The notes: generated by a model not told the origin, from the letters alone. A DNA stretch of 50,834 nt from a bacterium (GCA_031441465.1 JANOEP010000041.1:1-50834); one strand, 5' to 3'. Shown: positions 1-10,047, numbered from the stretch's first letter. Program-made: numbers and translations.

Positions 1-152
1 CGCTGCCCACAATCGCCGGGAGCGTTCGTTTAGAGCCGGCGCCAAGGCCGTGTACTTCGTCTGCAGAGTGTCAACGTCCATATCCGCAGGCTACTACACC
101 AAAACACCAAGTCAAGCAGTTATTTAATTACAGGCCCTAAGTGCCGATATCG

Positions 153-173
153 ATTGGAAACTATAGTTCCAAT
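153..173. promoter_or_regulatory. Near-perfect palindrome in AT-rich intergenic DNA; possible transcription-factor operator
   Basis: attggaaactatagttccaat is self-complementary apart from one extra base. Confidence 0.3.
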
Positions 174-416
174 GCCCATTGCGGGACCATGCTCAAGTCT
201 GGAGATTGCAGTGTTCCACATTGCTGCTTCATCAGCAGCCTGAGCCTAGGCCACGGCAAGCAGGGGCAGAACGGTGGTTAAAGTCTCCAGGACGGCCAAA
301 ACTGCCAAAATCAGAATCCTACGTGCGGTCATGTCGTTCTCCCTCTTACTATGTGAGGCCGGGCCGGGAGCGCCCCCCCCGGCGGGTTGTGACGTTGAGC
401 CGAAGGGATCCTACCA

Positions 417-704
417 GTGGACAAGAAGCGATTCCAGGCCGACGTCGTGCTGCTGGTCTGCACCCGCAAGGACGGCGTCTGCGGCAAGAAGGGCGCCCGC
501 CTGCGCGCCCGCCTGAACGAGGCCGCCGAGGCGCAGGGCCTGAAGAAGCAGCTGCGCGTCCTGCCCACCGGCTGCCTCGACGCCTGCGGCCGCGGGCCGG
601 TGGTCCTGGACCCCGCCGCGCAGACCCTGTACATGGACGTCGAGAAGGAAGATGCGCCCGACATCGTGCGCAAGACGGCCCGGCGCCACGGGCTCAAGGA
701 CTGA
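417..704 (+). CDS. Thioredoxin-like [2Fe-2S] ferredoxin
   Basis: LLVCTRKDGVC...TGCLDACGRGP four-Cys pattern; GTG start; GC-rich codon usage. Confidence 0.8.
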   Translation: MDKKRFQADVVLLVCTRKDGVCGKKGARLRARLNEAAEAQGLKKQLRVLPTGCLDACGRGPVVLDPAAQTLYMDVEKEDAPDIVRKTARRHGLKD

Positions 705-730
705 CCTCGCACCGATTGCCGGGAGGCACC

Positions 731-1042
731 GTGATCATCCGACCCGTCCCCTTCGAAGCCGTGGCCTTCGTCTGCACCAACAAGCGGCCCGACGGCCACC
801 CCAAGCCCTGCTGCGCCGACCGCGGCGGCCTCGCGCTGCGCGACGAGCTGAAGAGGATGGTCGCCGAGCGCGGCCTCGAGAGCCGCGTCAAGGTCTACCA
901 GAGCGGCTGCCTCGGCGGCTGCGAGTTCGGGCCGATGGCCATGACCTTCCCCGACGGCAGGATGCAGTTCGGGGTCAGCGCGGCGGATCTGACTTCGATG
1001 CTGGATTCGCTGGCGGCGGAGGCGGACGACGCGAACGTCTGA
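731..1042 (+). CDS. Thioredoxin-like [2Fe-2S] ferredoxin (second copy)
   Basis: FVCTNKRPDGHPKPCC...SGCLGGCEFGP; GGAGG RBS before GTG at 731; 3' part of listed ORF 179..1042. Confidence 0.85.
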   Translation: MIIRPVPFEAVAFVCTNKRPDGHPKPCCADRGGLALRDELKRMVAERGLESRVKVYQSGCLGGCEFGPMAMTFPDGRMQFGVSAADLTSMLDSLAAEADDANV

Positions 1043-1240
1043 GCGGGGAGCGCGGCGTGTCGCGGCGCTCAGCGATAGCTGGCCTACACCCCGACCTCTC
1101 CGGTCTTATGGTGGATCCCGGTTTGGACAATGGAGCCGCCCTCGGAGATCCCGCCTCAGCGCTCATCCATCATGACACAGTGAGCGGCACCGACCAATTC
1201 CGTCACCGGTGCCGGACAGGCACCTCGGTTGGGAGGCAGA

Positions 1241-1273
1241 AGAAGGGCCCCGGCTCGCGCCGGGGCCCTCTTT
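1241..1273. terminator. Intrinsic terminator hairpin between convergent genes
   Basis: agaagggccccggc-tcgc-gccggggccctcttt stem-loop with short A/T-rich flanks. Confidence 0.7.
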
Positions 1274-1300
1274 CATGCCGATGGTCCACACTCTGACCAT

Positions 1301-4300
1301 CTACTTCAAAAGCACCATCTTCTGCATCTGCTGCATCCCGCCCGCCGCCAGCCGCGCCATGTAGACGCCGCTCGCGACCTGGCCGCCCGCGTTGTCGCGG
1401 CCGTCCCAGGTCTCGGTGTGGCGGCCGCTGCCGCGCGAACCTTCGACCAGGGTGCGCACCAGGGTGCCCTGCAGGTCGTAGATCTCCAGCCGGACCGCGC
1501 CCTCGCGGGCCAGCTCGAACTGGATCTGCGTCTGCGGGTTGAACGGGTTGGGGTGGATGCCGACCAGCGCGGTCGTCGACGGCGCCGGCGTGCCGTCGTC
1601 GATGCCGGTGGCCGAGACCGGCCCGATCGCGAGGTTGTAGGAGCCCGCGACCGGCAGATCGGCGCTGCCGCGTTTCCAGACCGCCAGGCAGTAGAAGCCT
1701 TCGGCCGGAACCGTGACGGTCAGGGTCTCGTCCTGGCCGGGACCGCCCGCCCAGTAGGCGGTGGCGAGTCCGGAGGACTTGCTCTGGTAGATCTGGTCGG
1801 CCGGATGGAGCGTGATGCCCCAGTCCACCGCGCCGGCCACGTTGTCCAGTTCCACGCCGTACTGCCCGGCGGGCAGGTAGAGCTCGTGGAGGTTGAGGAT
1901 GCGGTCGGCCGGCAGGTCGTAGGTGCCGTAGACGCCGTGCGGGTAGAAGATCCAACCGCTGGTGGCCGCCGTCTCGGCGGTGTAGTTCTCGTAGCCGGAG
2001 AAGTTGACCACGCCCGCATCGTAGGGCGCGCTCCCGGCCAAGTTGAAGTTCACCAGCACGTAGTCCGACTCGCCGCCCCACCAGTAGGAACCGGTCAGGT
2101 TGTCGGCGAAACCGTCCTTGGCGCCGGTGCTGGCCGTGTGCAGGCGCAGGTCGACGTCGCTCTCGGCGCCGGGCATCACCGCCGTCGCCTGCCAGAAGCC
2201 GGCGCTGGGCATGCGCAGGCCGTCGCAGTTGGGGTAGAGGGGCTCACCCGTGCTCACGTCGGTCCAGCCGCCGTAGGCGGCGGGAGGCGCCCAGCGGGCG
2301 ACCGGCGTGGCGACCGTCAGGTCCAGCGGCGACCAGACCCACTGCTCGCCGTAGACGTTGTTGGTCTCGTAGATCTCCTCGTACTCCAGGGCCTCGTCGA
2401 GGCGCCAGGCCAGCGAGTGGCGACCGCCGCGGATGTCCCAGGCGTAGTTCCAGTTGAACAACCCGGTGCCGTAGCCCGGGAAGGCGCCCCACACCACCCA
2501 GGCGGCGAACGAGCCGTCGAGGTAGATGTTGCCGGGCAGGGTGGCCGACCCGGTCGGGCTGTTGTTGGTCACCGCCACGTTGAAGTAGGTCGACGCCGAA
2601 TTGCCGTACAGCAGCGTCGGCGCGGGCGTCGAACCGTACGTGCCGTCGAAGGCCGGCCGCGGCACGATCGGCGCGTGCCAACCGGTCGCCCACAGGGGGA
2701 CGAAGTCCGGCGGCGTGCGCTGGATCTCGATCGTGACGTCGATGGGCGCCGTGCCCTTGTTCCAGTCGGGATCGCGGTAGACCACCAGCGCGTTGTAGCC
2801 GTCGTCGGGGATGGTGACGTCCATCCGCGCGCGCCCGTAGCCGTCGGTCTGCGCCCAGGCCGAGTAAGTGTACAGGCTGCCGACCTGGAAGGTGTCGTTC
2901 AGCCAGGTGGCGTAGAGCGGTCCGTTCTCCAGGGCGGAATCCACGATGATGCTCACCGCGCCGGCGTTGCCGGGCGAGACGTAGAACTCCCAGATCTTGA
3001 CCATCTCGTCCTGGGCGAACGGCACCGTGACCGAGTCGCCGAAGGCGATCCCGCCGCTCACGACGTGCGTCAGCTCGTAGTTCGAGCCTTCGCCGTTCCA
3101 GTTGGTCACGCCGACGTCGTAGGTGCCGTAGTCGATGTTGCGGTTGACGATCACGGCGTCGATCATGCCCGACAGACGGCCCGAGTAGGCCGACGACGAC
3201 ACGAAGCCGTTCGCGGCGCCGGTGCTCGGCGGGAAGAGCTGCAGGTCGTGGTCCGACCCGCCGTTCAGGGGCCGCAGCACGGCCACGTCCCACCACGAGG
3301 CGACGTTCATCCGCATGCCGTCGCAGTTGGCGTAGAGAGGCGAGCCGTCCACGACGGCGTCCCAGCCGGCGGTCTGGCCGGGAGGCGCGGCGTGCACCAG
3401 CGGCGAGGACGGCGTCAACGCGGTCGGGGACCACACCCACTGGTGCGCCCAGCGGTTGTCGCTCTCGTTGGTCTCGGCGATCAGGTCGGTGGCGTCCAGC
3501 CTGGTCTCGAACGTGTGGCGGCCGCCGCCGGCCCACAGCGGTCCGATGTTGGCGCCCCAGAAACCGCCGCCGGCTCCGACCGCGCCCCAGGACGCCCACC
3601 ACTGCATGGCGGCGTCGATGTAGGAGTAGGCGTAGAAACCCGAGCCGGTCGTCGACTCGCCGTTGTTGACGCCGGTCAGGTTCCACCACGAACCCGCGGC
3701 GTCGCCGGGCAGGATCCCGGGCGCCGGCGCGTAGTTCCACGCGGAGTCGGCCGTCTCGCGCGGCAGCTGGGGCGCGGCCCAGCCGGACCACAGGGCGAAC
3801 GTCAGGTTGGCGGGCACCGGCGCGCGGACCGTGTACGGTCCGGACCAGTTGTAGGTGCCGCTCCACTTCCCGGAGCGGTCCAGGGTGCGGATGCTGAAGT
3901 AGTACGTCCCGGGCGCGAGCGACGGCGTGGTGTAGTTCGTCACGTCGCCGATGTCCATCACGGCCGACGGCAGGCCGATCCCGCCAGCGATCGTGATGCC
4001 GTAGCCCTCGACGCCGGAGGCGTCGTCGTAGGCGCGGGTCCACACCAGGTCGATGGTGGTGTCGGGCGAATCGCCGGACGTGGCGTGGCTCGTCGAGTAG
4101 AGCGACGAGACCGCCGGCGGGTTGGTCACGTCGATCTCGTACCCGCAGTTCTTGGCCGACGCCCACAGGCCCTCGCGCGCCCAGGGGTAGCGGTTCTTGA
4201 ACGCGGTGAGGAACAGGGCCGGCGTGGTCGGGTGGTCGAGGTCGACGCAGGTGATGACCTCGTCCCAGCCCAGGCTCAGCTCGTCGGTCTCGGCGAAGGC

Positions 4301-5674
4301 CCAGTGGTCGTCGTTCGTCCCGTCGCCGATGTCACGGACGACCGCGCCCAGGAAGCCCTCGGTCCGGTACGGGTCGTCCCACGACGCGCCGCACGAGGAC
4401 ACGTTTTCCATATCGTAGATCGCGGAGGCGGCGCGCCCGTACACGGCGGCGAAGCTGCCCGGGATCACGTCACCCATCCAGTCGGGGAAGCCCTCGTTGA
4501 AGGCGTCGTGGTCGGTCTCGCGGCACCAGATGCAGTGGCCGCACCCGCCGGTGTCGCAGATGCCGTTGCAGTAGTCGGGCACGGTGTTGATGGCGAAGCT
4601 CTGGATCCAGTGATGCCCGTACTCGTGGCTGTGGACGTTCTCGTTCCACTGCTCGCCGGTGCTGACGTAGATCTCGCCGTTGTAGAAGGCGCCGCCGGTC
4701 CCGTTGGGCCAGTTGCAGCGCACGAACGGCGTGTCGAAGCCGTAGCCGACCCACCAGCGCCAGGTGCGCGTCAGGTCGGTGAGCTGGTGCAGGGACGGGT
4801 GCTGGTTGACGTCGCCGGGCTGCAGCCAGCCGTAGTCGAGGTCCGTGCCCAGGTAATCGCTGGTGGTGCCGGTCTCCCAGGCGTACGTGGTGCTCCAGGT
4901 GGCGTCCTCCACGTTCACGCGGGTGTTGCCGGCCTCGAAGCGCACGTACAGGTCGGGTTCGGCGTCGTCGAAGAACCCGGGGTTCCAGTAGAACGTGGCG
5001 TCGTACCAGCCCTGGGCGTCGGTCGCCACGACCGCCAGCTGCTGGGAGCCGAACGGCGAATCGTTGTCCATGATGCGGACCGTCATGCCGTCGGCGCCGA
5101 TGGACCAGCCGTCGAAGCGCTGGTAGATGAAGCGGCCGTGGACGCGGATGTTGCGCGCCTTCTCGCCGTTGCCGGGAGCGGGGGTCGCGTAGACGTCGGA
5201 GGGCGACGGCTCGGGCGTGAGCCGCGAGTCGTCGTCCAGCGGGTGGACGTCCTCGTCGGCTTCGACCTTCACCACCGCGCCGGGGCTCAGCAGGCTCGCG
5301 ACGTGCGACGGCGACACGTTGAACTGCCGGGTGACCGGCTCGCCGTCCATCTCGAAGGTGAACTCGAGCCACTGCTCGGGGTCGCCCGGCATGACCGTGA
5401 AGTCGATGACCAGCGGCCGGTCCTTGTCGATGTCGGCGGTGGGTGTGACGTCCAGCGCGATCTCGCGCCAACCCGCCCCGTTGAATTCGAACTTGCCGAG
5501 CTGCGCGGGCACCTCGGACTCGATCTGCAGGCGGCCCGCGTAGGGCACGCCGGCCTCGGCGGCCACCGGCGGGCCGAGCAGCCTGACATGGATGGGCGGA
5601 CCGAGGTCGGCCCGCGCGGCGACGGCGCCCAGCAGGGCGAGCGTCACCGTCAGCAGCCTCAAGATTCTGCGCAT
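1301..5674 (-). CDS. Large secreted multidomain protein: gluzincin-type metallopeptidase domain, two ~367-aa CARDB/PPC-like repeats, C-terminal FlgD-Ig tail
   Basis: Signal peptide MRRILRLL...AARA; HEYGHH plus downstream NEGF; duplicated 'QWVWSP...LYxNCDGxRM' module; C-terminal 'HPNPFNPQT...WDGRD...SGVYMARL...KMVLLK'; AGGAGGT RBS. Confidence 0.8.
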   Translation of the reverse strand: MRRILRLLTVTLALLGAVAARADLGPPIHVRLLGPPVAAEAGVPYAGRLQIESEVPAQLGKFEFNGAGWREIALDVTPTADIDKDRPLVIDFTVMPGDPEQWLEFTFEMDGEPVTRQFNVSPSHVASLLSPGAVVKVEADEDVHPLDDDSRLTPEPSPSDVYATPAPGNGEKARNIRVHGRFIYQRFDGWSIGADGMTVRIMDNDSPFGSQQLAVVATDAQGWYDATFYWNPGFFDDAEPDLYVRFEAGNTRVNVEDATWSTTYAWETGTTSDYLGTDLDYGWLQPGDVNQHPSLHQLTDLTRTWRWWVGYGFDTPFVRCNWPNGTGGAFYNGEIYVSTGEQWNENVHSHEYGHHWIQSFAINTVPDYCNGICDTGGCGHCIWCRETDHDAFNEGFPDWMGDVIPGSFAAVYGRAASAIYDMENVSSCGASWDDPYRTEGFLGAVVRDIGDGTNDDHWAFAETDELSLGWDEVITCVDLDHPTTPALFLTAFKNRYPWAREGLWASAKNCGYEIDVTNPPAVSSLYSTSHATSGDSPDTTIDLVWTRAYDDASGVEGYGITIAGGIGLPSAVMDIGDVTNYTTPSLAPGTYYFSIRTLDRSGKWSGTYNWSGPYTVRAPVPANLTFALWSGWAAPQLPRETADSAWNYAPAPGILPGDAAGSWWNLTGVNNGESTTGSGFYAYSYIDAAMQWWASWGAVGAGGGFWGANIGPLWAGGGRHTFETRLDATDLIAETNESDNRWAHQWVWSPTALTPSSPLVHAAPPGQTAGWDAVVDGSPLYANCDGMRMNVASWWDVAVLRPLNGGSDHDLQLFPPSTGAANGFVSSSAYSGRLSGMIDAVIVNRNIDYGTYDVGVTNWNGEGSNYELTHVVSGGIAFGDSVTVPFAQDEMVKIWEFYVSPGNAGAVSIIVDSALENGPLYATWLNDTFQVGSLYTYSAWAQTDGYGRARMDVTIPDDGYNALVVYRDPDWNKGTAPIDVTIEIQRTPPDFVPLWATGWHAPIVPRPAFDGTYGSTPAPTLLYGNSASTYFNVAVTNNSPTGSATLPGNIYLDGSFAAWVVWGAFPGYGTGLFNWNYAWDIRGGRHSLAWRLDEALEYEEIYETNNVYGEQWVWSPLDLTVATPVARWAPPAAYGGWTDVSTGEPLYPNCDGLRMPSAGFWQATAVMPGAESDVDLRLHTASTGAKDGFADNLTGSYWWGGESDYVLVNFNLAGSAPYDAGVVNFSGYENYTAETAATSGWIFYPHGVYGTYDLPADRILNLHELYLPAGQYGVELDNVAGAVDWGITLHPADQIYQSKSSGLATAYWAGGPGQDETLTVTVPAEGFYCLAVWKRGSADLPVAGSYNLAIGPVSATGIDDGTPAPSTTALVGIHPNPFNPQTQIQFELAREGAVRLEIYDLQGTLVRTLVEGSRGSGRHTETWDGRDNAGGQVASGVYMARLAAGGMQQMQKMVLLK

Positions 5675-5692
5675 ATCGGCACCTCCTGCCAT

Positions 5693-6286
5693 TTAGCGCC
5701 GCGGCGCGACGGGTGTGGGACGCTCGACGGGCTGCGGCGCGGGATGCGGCGCGTCCCAGGCCGCGATCGCGGCCTCGATCCTGGCGGCGCCGTCGGCGTC
5801 GCTGTCGGTGCGGGCCATCTCGAGCTGCAGTTCGAGCAGGCGCAGGCCCGTCGCCTGCTTCTGCTGCTCGATCTCGCGCTGGATCGTGAGGCTCTCCTCG
5901 GTGCCGGCCACCGCTTCGAGGCGGGCGCCCAGCGCCGTGATCCGGACGTTCTGCTCGGCGACGACGGCGGCGAAGGCGGCGCGCCGGGCCTCGCGGACCG
6001 CGTCGGCGACGGGGGCGGCGTTCAGCGCCGTACCCTCGGGCAGCGTGAGCGTCTGCTCGCCGCTGCGCAGGGCCTGCAGCTCGGCCTGGTTCTCGGGGAT
6101 GTCCGCCACACCCGCCGTGGGATCGACGGGAGCGACGACGCCGGCAGCGCCGGAGACGCGGGGAGCGACGGCCTCAGCCGGCGTCGCCGAGCGGGGGTCC
6201 TGGGCACGGGGAGCGTCCTGGGCGGCGGCGACGGCGGCGAAACCGCAGAGCGCCAGGGCCAGCACGGCACGATCGAAACGATGCAT
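5693..6286 (-). CDS. Secreted hypothetical protein with coiled-coil region, probably co-transcribed with the downstream peptidase
   Basis: Signal peptide, GAAGGAG RBS, 18-nt gap to the next gene. Confidence 0.7.
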   Translation of the reverse strand: MHRFDRAVLALALCGFAAVAAAQDAPRAQDPRSATPAEAVAPRVSGAAGVVAPVDPTAGVADIPENQAELQALRSGEQTLTLPEGTALNAAPVADAVREARRAAFAAVVAEQNVRITALGARLEAVAGTEESLTIQREIEQQKQATGLRLLELQLEMARTDSDADGAARIEAAIAAWDAPHPAPQPVERPTPVAPRR

Positions 6287-6466
6287 GACGGTCTCCTTCG
6301 ATAGAACGGGTGAGCGGGACCCGATTGGAGCGGGCCAGCCATCAGGGGCGGTAAGGCACGGTTGATGAATCTGGAGTGAACTAGTCCATTAGACGCGATG
6401 GCGCCAGGGAAGCCAAGCCCTATCTTGATGAAAAGAATGCCGTTTAACCTGGGAGTAATTATTAAA

Positions 6467-7294
6467 TTAACAGGAGGGGCGGCTGAAGAAATCCATCAAC
6501 TCGTCGAGGCTCTGGGTGTTGAGGATCTGCCGGCAGCAGAGCCCCGCGTGGCGGGTCAGCTCGGCCCCGTGGCGGTAGTCTCCCAGGCGGGCCGCGCGGT
6601 GGACGTCCGAGGCGATGACCAGCCGGACCCCGAGTTCCTGGGCTCGCATGCAGTTGCGCCAGTCGGGCTCGCGGTGGACGGGGATGGCGTCGATCTCGAT
6701 GGCGACCCGGGCCTGCGCCGCCGCCTGCAGGACGGTCTCGAGGTCCAGGGGCACCTCCCCCGGCATCGTCATGTAATCGCCGAAGGGGTGGCCGAGGATG
6801 CTGACGTAGGGATTCATGACCGCGCGCACGGCCCGGCGCGTGAGGGTCTCTGGATCCTGGCCGTGGTCGGTGGCGAGGGTCGCCACGACGTAGTCGAACG
6901 CGCACAGCGACGGCTCGTCCGCCGGCAGCGAGCCGTCCGGCGACGTCTCGATCTCGGCGCCGTGGAGCAGCCGAAAACCGGGGTTGCCCGCGTTGATCGC
7001 CTCGATCTCCTCGCGCTGGCGGGCGACGGCGGTCGGGCTCAGGCCCTCGCTGCAGAGATCGGTGCGGATGCGGTCGGTGATCCCCAGATATTCCAGCCCC
7101 AGCGCGATCGCAGTGTCGCTGATCTCGCGCAGGCCGTGGGCGCCCCCGTCGTACGACGTGTGGCAGTGCAGCAGGCCGCGCACGTCGCACTGCCGCACCA
7201 GCTCGAAGTGGCGCACGTCGCAGGTGTCGTGACAGGGCCAGCCGGTGTCGCTGCAGCCTGATGGCTCGTCGGGGGCTGGCAGGTGGTCGTGCAC
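6467..7294 (-). CDS. Stand-alone PHP-domain protein resembling the C-terminal PHP domain of PolX; start uncertain (7294 or 7345)
   Basis: RGLLHCHT, YLGITD, LHGAEIE..PDGSL, FDYVVA, ILGHP, AIEI, IASDVH motifs. Confidence 0.75.
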   Translation of the reverse strand: MHDHLPAPDEPSGCSDTGWPCHDTCDVRHFELVRQCDVRGLLHCHTSYDGGAHGLREISDTAIALGLEYLGITDRIRTDLCSEGLSPTAVARQREEIEAINAGNPGFRLLHGAEIETSPDGSLPADEPSLCAFDYVVATLATDHGQDPETLTRRAVRAVMNPYVSILGHPFGDYMTMPGEVPLDLETVLQAAAQARVAIEIDAIPVHREPDWRNCMRAQELGVRLVIASDVHRAARLGDYRHGAELTRHAGLCCRQILNTQSLDELMDFFSRPSC

Positions 7295-7437
7295 GGCGCT
7301 CTCGGTGGCTGGTGTGGGTGATGTTGTCGGACGTGGGGTCACCATAGGGACGGGGCTTCTAAACCGCCACCGAGTGGGCTTCGAGCGCCGGGCTTGCCTC
7401 CCGCCCTCGCAAGTGAAGGGGTTCGCGCGTCCTTGGC

Positions 7438-8646
7438 TCACCGGCCGCTGGTCGTCAGTTCACGCCAGTCGTCACCGGGCATGATGCGGTGCATGAATTC
7501 GTCGAAGAGGGGGACCGTGAACGCGATGTCGCCGTGGCTCGGGCTCCAGATCATGCCCTTGTTGATCAGATGAGCGCGCGTCGGCGCCACGGACTGGACT
7601 TCGCGCCGCAGCTCGCGTGCGATGTCGCCGGAGCGGTGCGGCCCTTGGCCGAGTTCCGCCATCGCGCGAAGGTAAAGCTTCTCGGTCGGCGTCAAACGGT
7701 CGAACCGGACCCGGAAGAAACTCTCGTCGAGCGCAGCGACCACGGATCTCGATGCGGTTTCGACATCGACGGAGGTGATGGGCGAACCGCCGGCCGTATC
7801 CCAGCAGTGCTTGCCCCATTCCTGCAGGAAGTAGGGGTAACCACGTGTCCGTTCGATGATCGGGTCCAGCGCCTGTGGTTCGTACTCGACGCCTTCGCGA
7901 CGCGCAGGCGCCACCAAGGCAATCCTGGCGTCTGCGGGGGACAGCGGGCCGATCGTCACGAAGTCGAACAGACGCTCGGCATAGGATTTGGCCCGGCCGA
8001 GGCGACCCGGAAGTTGCGGCAGCCCCGCGCCGATCAACACGATCGGCAGCTGACGCTGCGCTGATCGATGCAAGGCAGTGATGAGAGCGGCCAACTCCTG
8101 TTCCTCGACGTATTGCATTTCGTCGATGAAGATCGCCATGACGGTTCCGGCGTGAGCCGCGGCATCGCCCACAACCTCGAACAGCGCCTGGAGGTCGTGC
8201 TCGAGGTCGCCGTTGTCGGCCAACCCCGGCTCGGGATCGAAGTCGAGACCGACTTCGATGTCGTTGTACCGGATCTTGAGCGCGTTGACGAATCCGGCGA
8301 GCCCCCGCAACGCACGGTGGGCGCGGTCACGCGCCATTTCATTGCGGGATAGTCGCAGGAGCGCCAAGCGTAGTTGGGGTGCGAGCATCGCCGGCAAGGA
8401 TCTCGATTCGGGAGCCTCCACGTTCATGGTTTGAATCCCCGCTGCTTCGGCGTCGCCGCGCAACCGATCGAGCAGCACGGTTTTCCCGACTCCGCGCAAC
8501 CCCACCATCACGACGCTCTTGGTCGGGCGTCGAATCCTGACCCGTTCCAGAGCGACGCGGATCTGCTCACGGAGATCACCGCGCCCGGCGAGTTCCGGTG
8601 GCGGAGTGCCTGCCCCGGGTGCATAGGGATTTCGGATGGGATCCAT
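7438..8646 (-). CDS. AAA+ ATPase (AAA_16/archaeal-ATPase-like) with C-terminal winged helix
   Basis: NPYAPGAGTPP N-terminus, Walker A GLRGVGKT, Walker B IFIDEMQ, TRGYPYFLQ. Confidence 0.85.
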   Translation of the reverse strand: MDPIRNPYAPGAGTPPPELAGRGDLREQIRVALERVRIRRPTKSVVMVGLRGVGKTVLLDRLRGDAEAAGIQTMNVEAPESRSLPAMLAPQLRLALLRLSRNEMARDRAHRALRGLAGFVNALKIRYNDIEVGLDFDPEPGLADNGDLEHDLQALFEVVGDAAAHAGTVMAIFIDEMQYVEEQELAALITALHRSAQRQLPIVLIGAGLPQLPGRLGRAKSYAERLFDFVTIGPLSPADARIALVAPARREGVEYEPQALDPIIERTRGYPYFLQEWGKHCWDTAGGSPITSVDVETASRSVVAALDESFFRVRFDRLTPTEKLYLRAMAELGQGPHRSGDIARELRREVQSVAPTRAHLINKGMIWSPSHGDIAFTVPLFDEFMHRIMPGDDWRELTTSGR

Positions 8647-8812
8647 GTTCGAAATATATCGATCTTATTAAAGTATAGTCAAGTGAGATAAACTTTGTAA
8701 ACTCACTTGAAATGCGAGCTGTTGCTGGCGTCTCCGGCTAGCTGATATCTGTAAATATATTATTTTCAATGTGTTGCACTTTTTGGCCACCCTTTCCGCG
8801 ACTGTCGGCCTT

Positions 8813-8926
8813 GAAGCGCCTGTCCTTCCTCGACCGCTACTTCACGCTGGGGATCTTCATCGCCACGGCCGTCGGGCCTAGTTCCCGGCGGTGTCCTTCG
8901 TCTCGTTCTTCATGTCGAAGCGGAAG
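8813..8926 (+). pseudogene. acr3: Internally deleted relic of acr3
   Basis: 8813-8876 matches 12132-12195 at 61/64 nt; 8892-8917 matches 12920-12945 at 24/26 nt. Confidence 0.85.
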
Positions 8927-8954
8927 GACAATCTCGTGGCCAGAACTCAAGTGT

Positions 8955-9740
8955 TCAGTCCTGTCTGGTGTTCATGTCTTGCTCCAACGCCTCGCTCTTG
9001 GGGAAGAGGAGGTTGTTTTCCAGATGGATGTGTTCGTGCAGGTCCGCTTCCAGGGCCTGCAGGCCATCGTACAACGCGCAGAAGGTCTGGCAGGCTTCCG
9101 CCGGCAAGCGGTAGTTCTCGGTGATCCGGCGCATCCCGGCGAGCGCCTGTCCGGCGCCGTCGTGCTCGTGCTCCATCTGCCGGATGGGATGGCCGACGCT
9201 GCCGCAGTGCACGACCGGCCTGTCGCCCTTGCCGGACATGTACGCGTCGATCCCCTTGATGGCGGGGAACAGGATCTGCTCTTCCTTCATCAGATGGCTG
9301 TCGAGTTCCAGGTGCAGACCATCGTAGACACTCCGCAGACGCTCCAGCATGTCGCCGTGGTGCGCGCCGTGCGCCTTTTGCACCTTGGCCAGCAACCCGT
9401 CGAGCCGCAGCAGCTGCGCCTTCGTGAAGACGTGGTGCTTCTCCAGAATATGATCGGCCAGCACGCCGAGCGGAACGACGTTCCAGTCGGTATGCTCCCG
9501 GCCGTCCGTTCCCGGCGCCAGCGCCGCCTGCAGCGAGGCCAGCACGGTCGCCCAGTCGCGGCCGGCCTCCGCGACGGCCGCCGCCAACGGCTTCTTGCCG
9601 CCGCAGCAATAGTCGACGCCCAGCTGTTCCAGCGTCTCACGCAACGCGGGGTGCCGGATAACGAGTTCGGCGACGGACCAGTCGGCGCGGATATCGGTCC
9701 CGCGCGGCGAGGGACCCGCATCGGATTCGGCCATGGCCAT
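8955..9740 (-). CDS. ric: Iron-sulfur cluster repair di-iron protein (Ric/ScdA/YtfE)
   Basis: GVDYCCGG N-terminal motif, HILEKHH, HLMKEEQILFP, MEHEHD, HEHIHLENNLLFP hemerythrin-like motifs. Confidence 0.92.
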   Translation of the reverse strand: MAMAESDAGPSPRGTDIRADWSVAELVIRHPALRETLEQLGVDYCCGGKKPLAAAVAEAGRDWATVLASLQAALAPGTDGREHTDWNVVPLGVLADHILEKHHVFTKAQLLRLDGLLAKVQKAHGAHHGDMLERLRSVYDGLHLELDSHLMKEEQILFPAIKGIDAYMSGKGDRPVVHCGSVGHPIRQMEHEHDGAGQALAGMRRITENYRLPAEACQTFCALYDGLQALEADLHEHIHLENNLLFPKSEALEQDMNTRQD

Positions 9741-10047
9741 GGCGGCGTCCTTGGTGGGGGAAGGTGGCGCTCGGTGCGATCGGCATGACGGGGGAACAGC
9801 GACCAACGAACAGCCTGTGGATTTCCATCCTGCTTCTCGTGTCTTCGTCAGCATACGAACGTCCGGTCACCTCGCCACCGCCATCGATTTCACAGCATCG
9901 GAAGCCGGGCGCCGCACACCCCCGCGACGGCGGACCGCGATCGGGAGTCCACATCACAATGAGTCACATCCCATCGTATTGATGGGGCCCGTCTGATCCT
10001 GTTGCCGGCTACTCATTGTAATACCTACACTTACGGAAACTCCCCGG

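Noticed and set aside
179..730. N-terminal extension of ORF 179..1042
   Set aside because: It overlaps the first ferredoxin in another frame; the GTG at 731 has a clear RBS.
1229..6304. 1691-aa plus-strand ORF and other long ORFs such as 24644..27754, 27872..29842, 33803..35890 and 43572..45386
   Set aside because: Antisense shadows of well-supported genes, as expected in high-GC DNA; no recognisable motifs.
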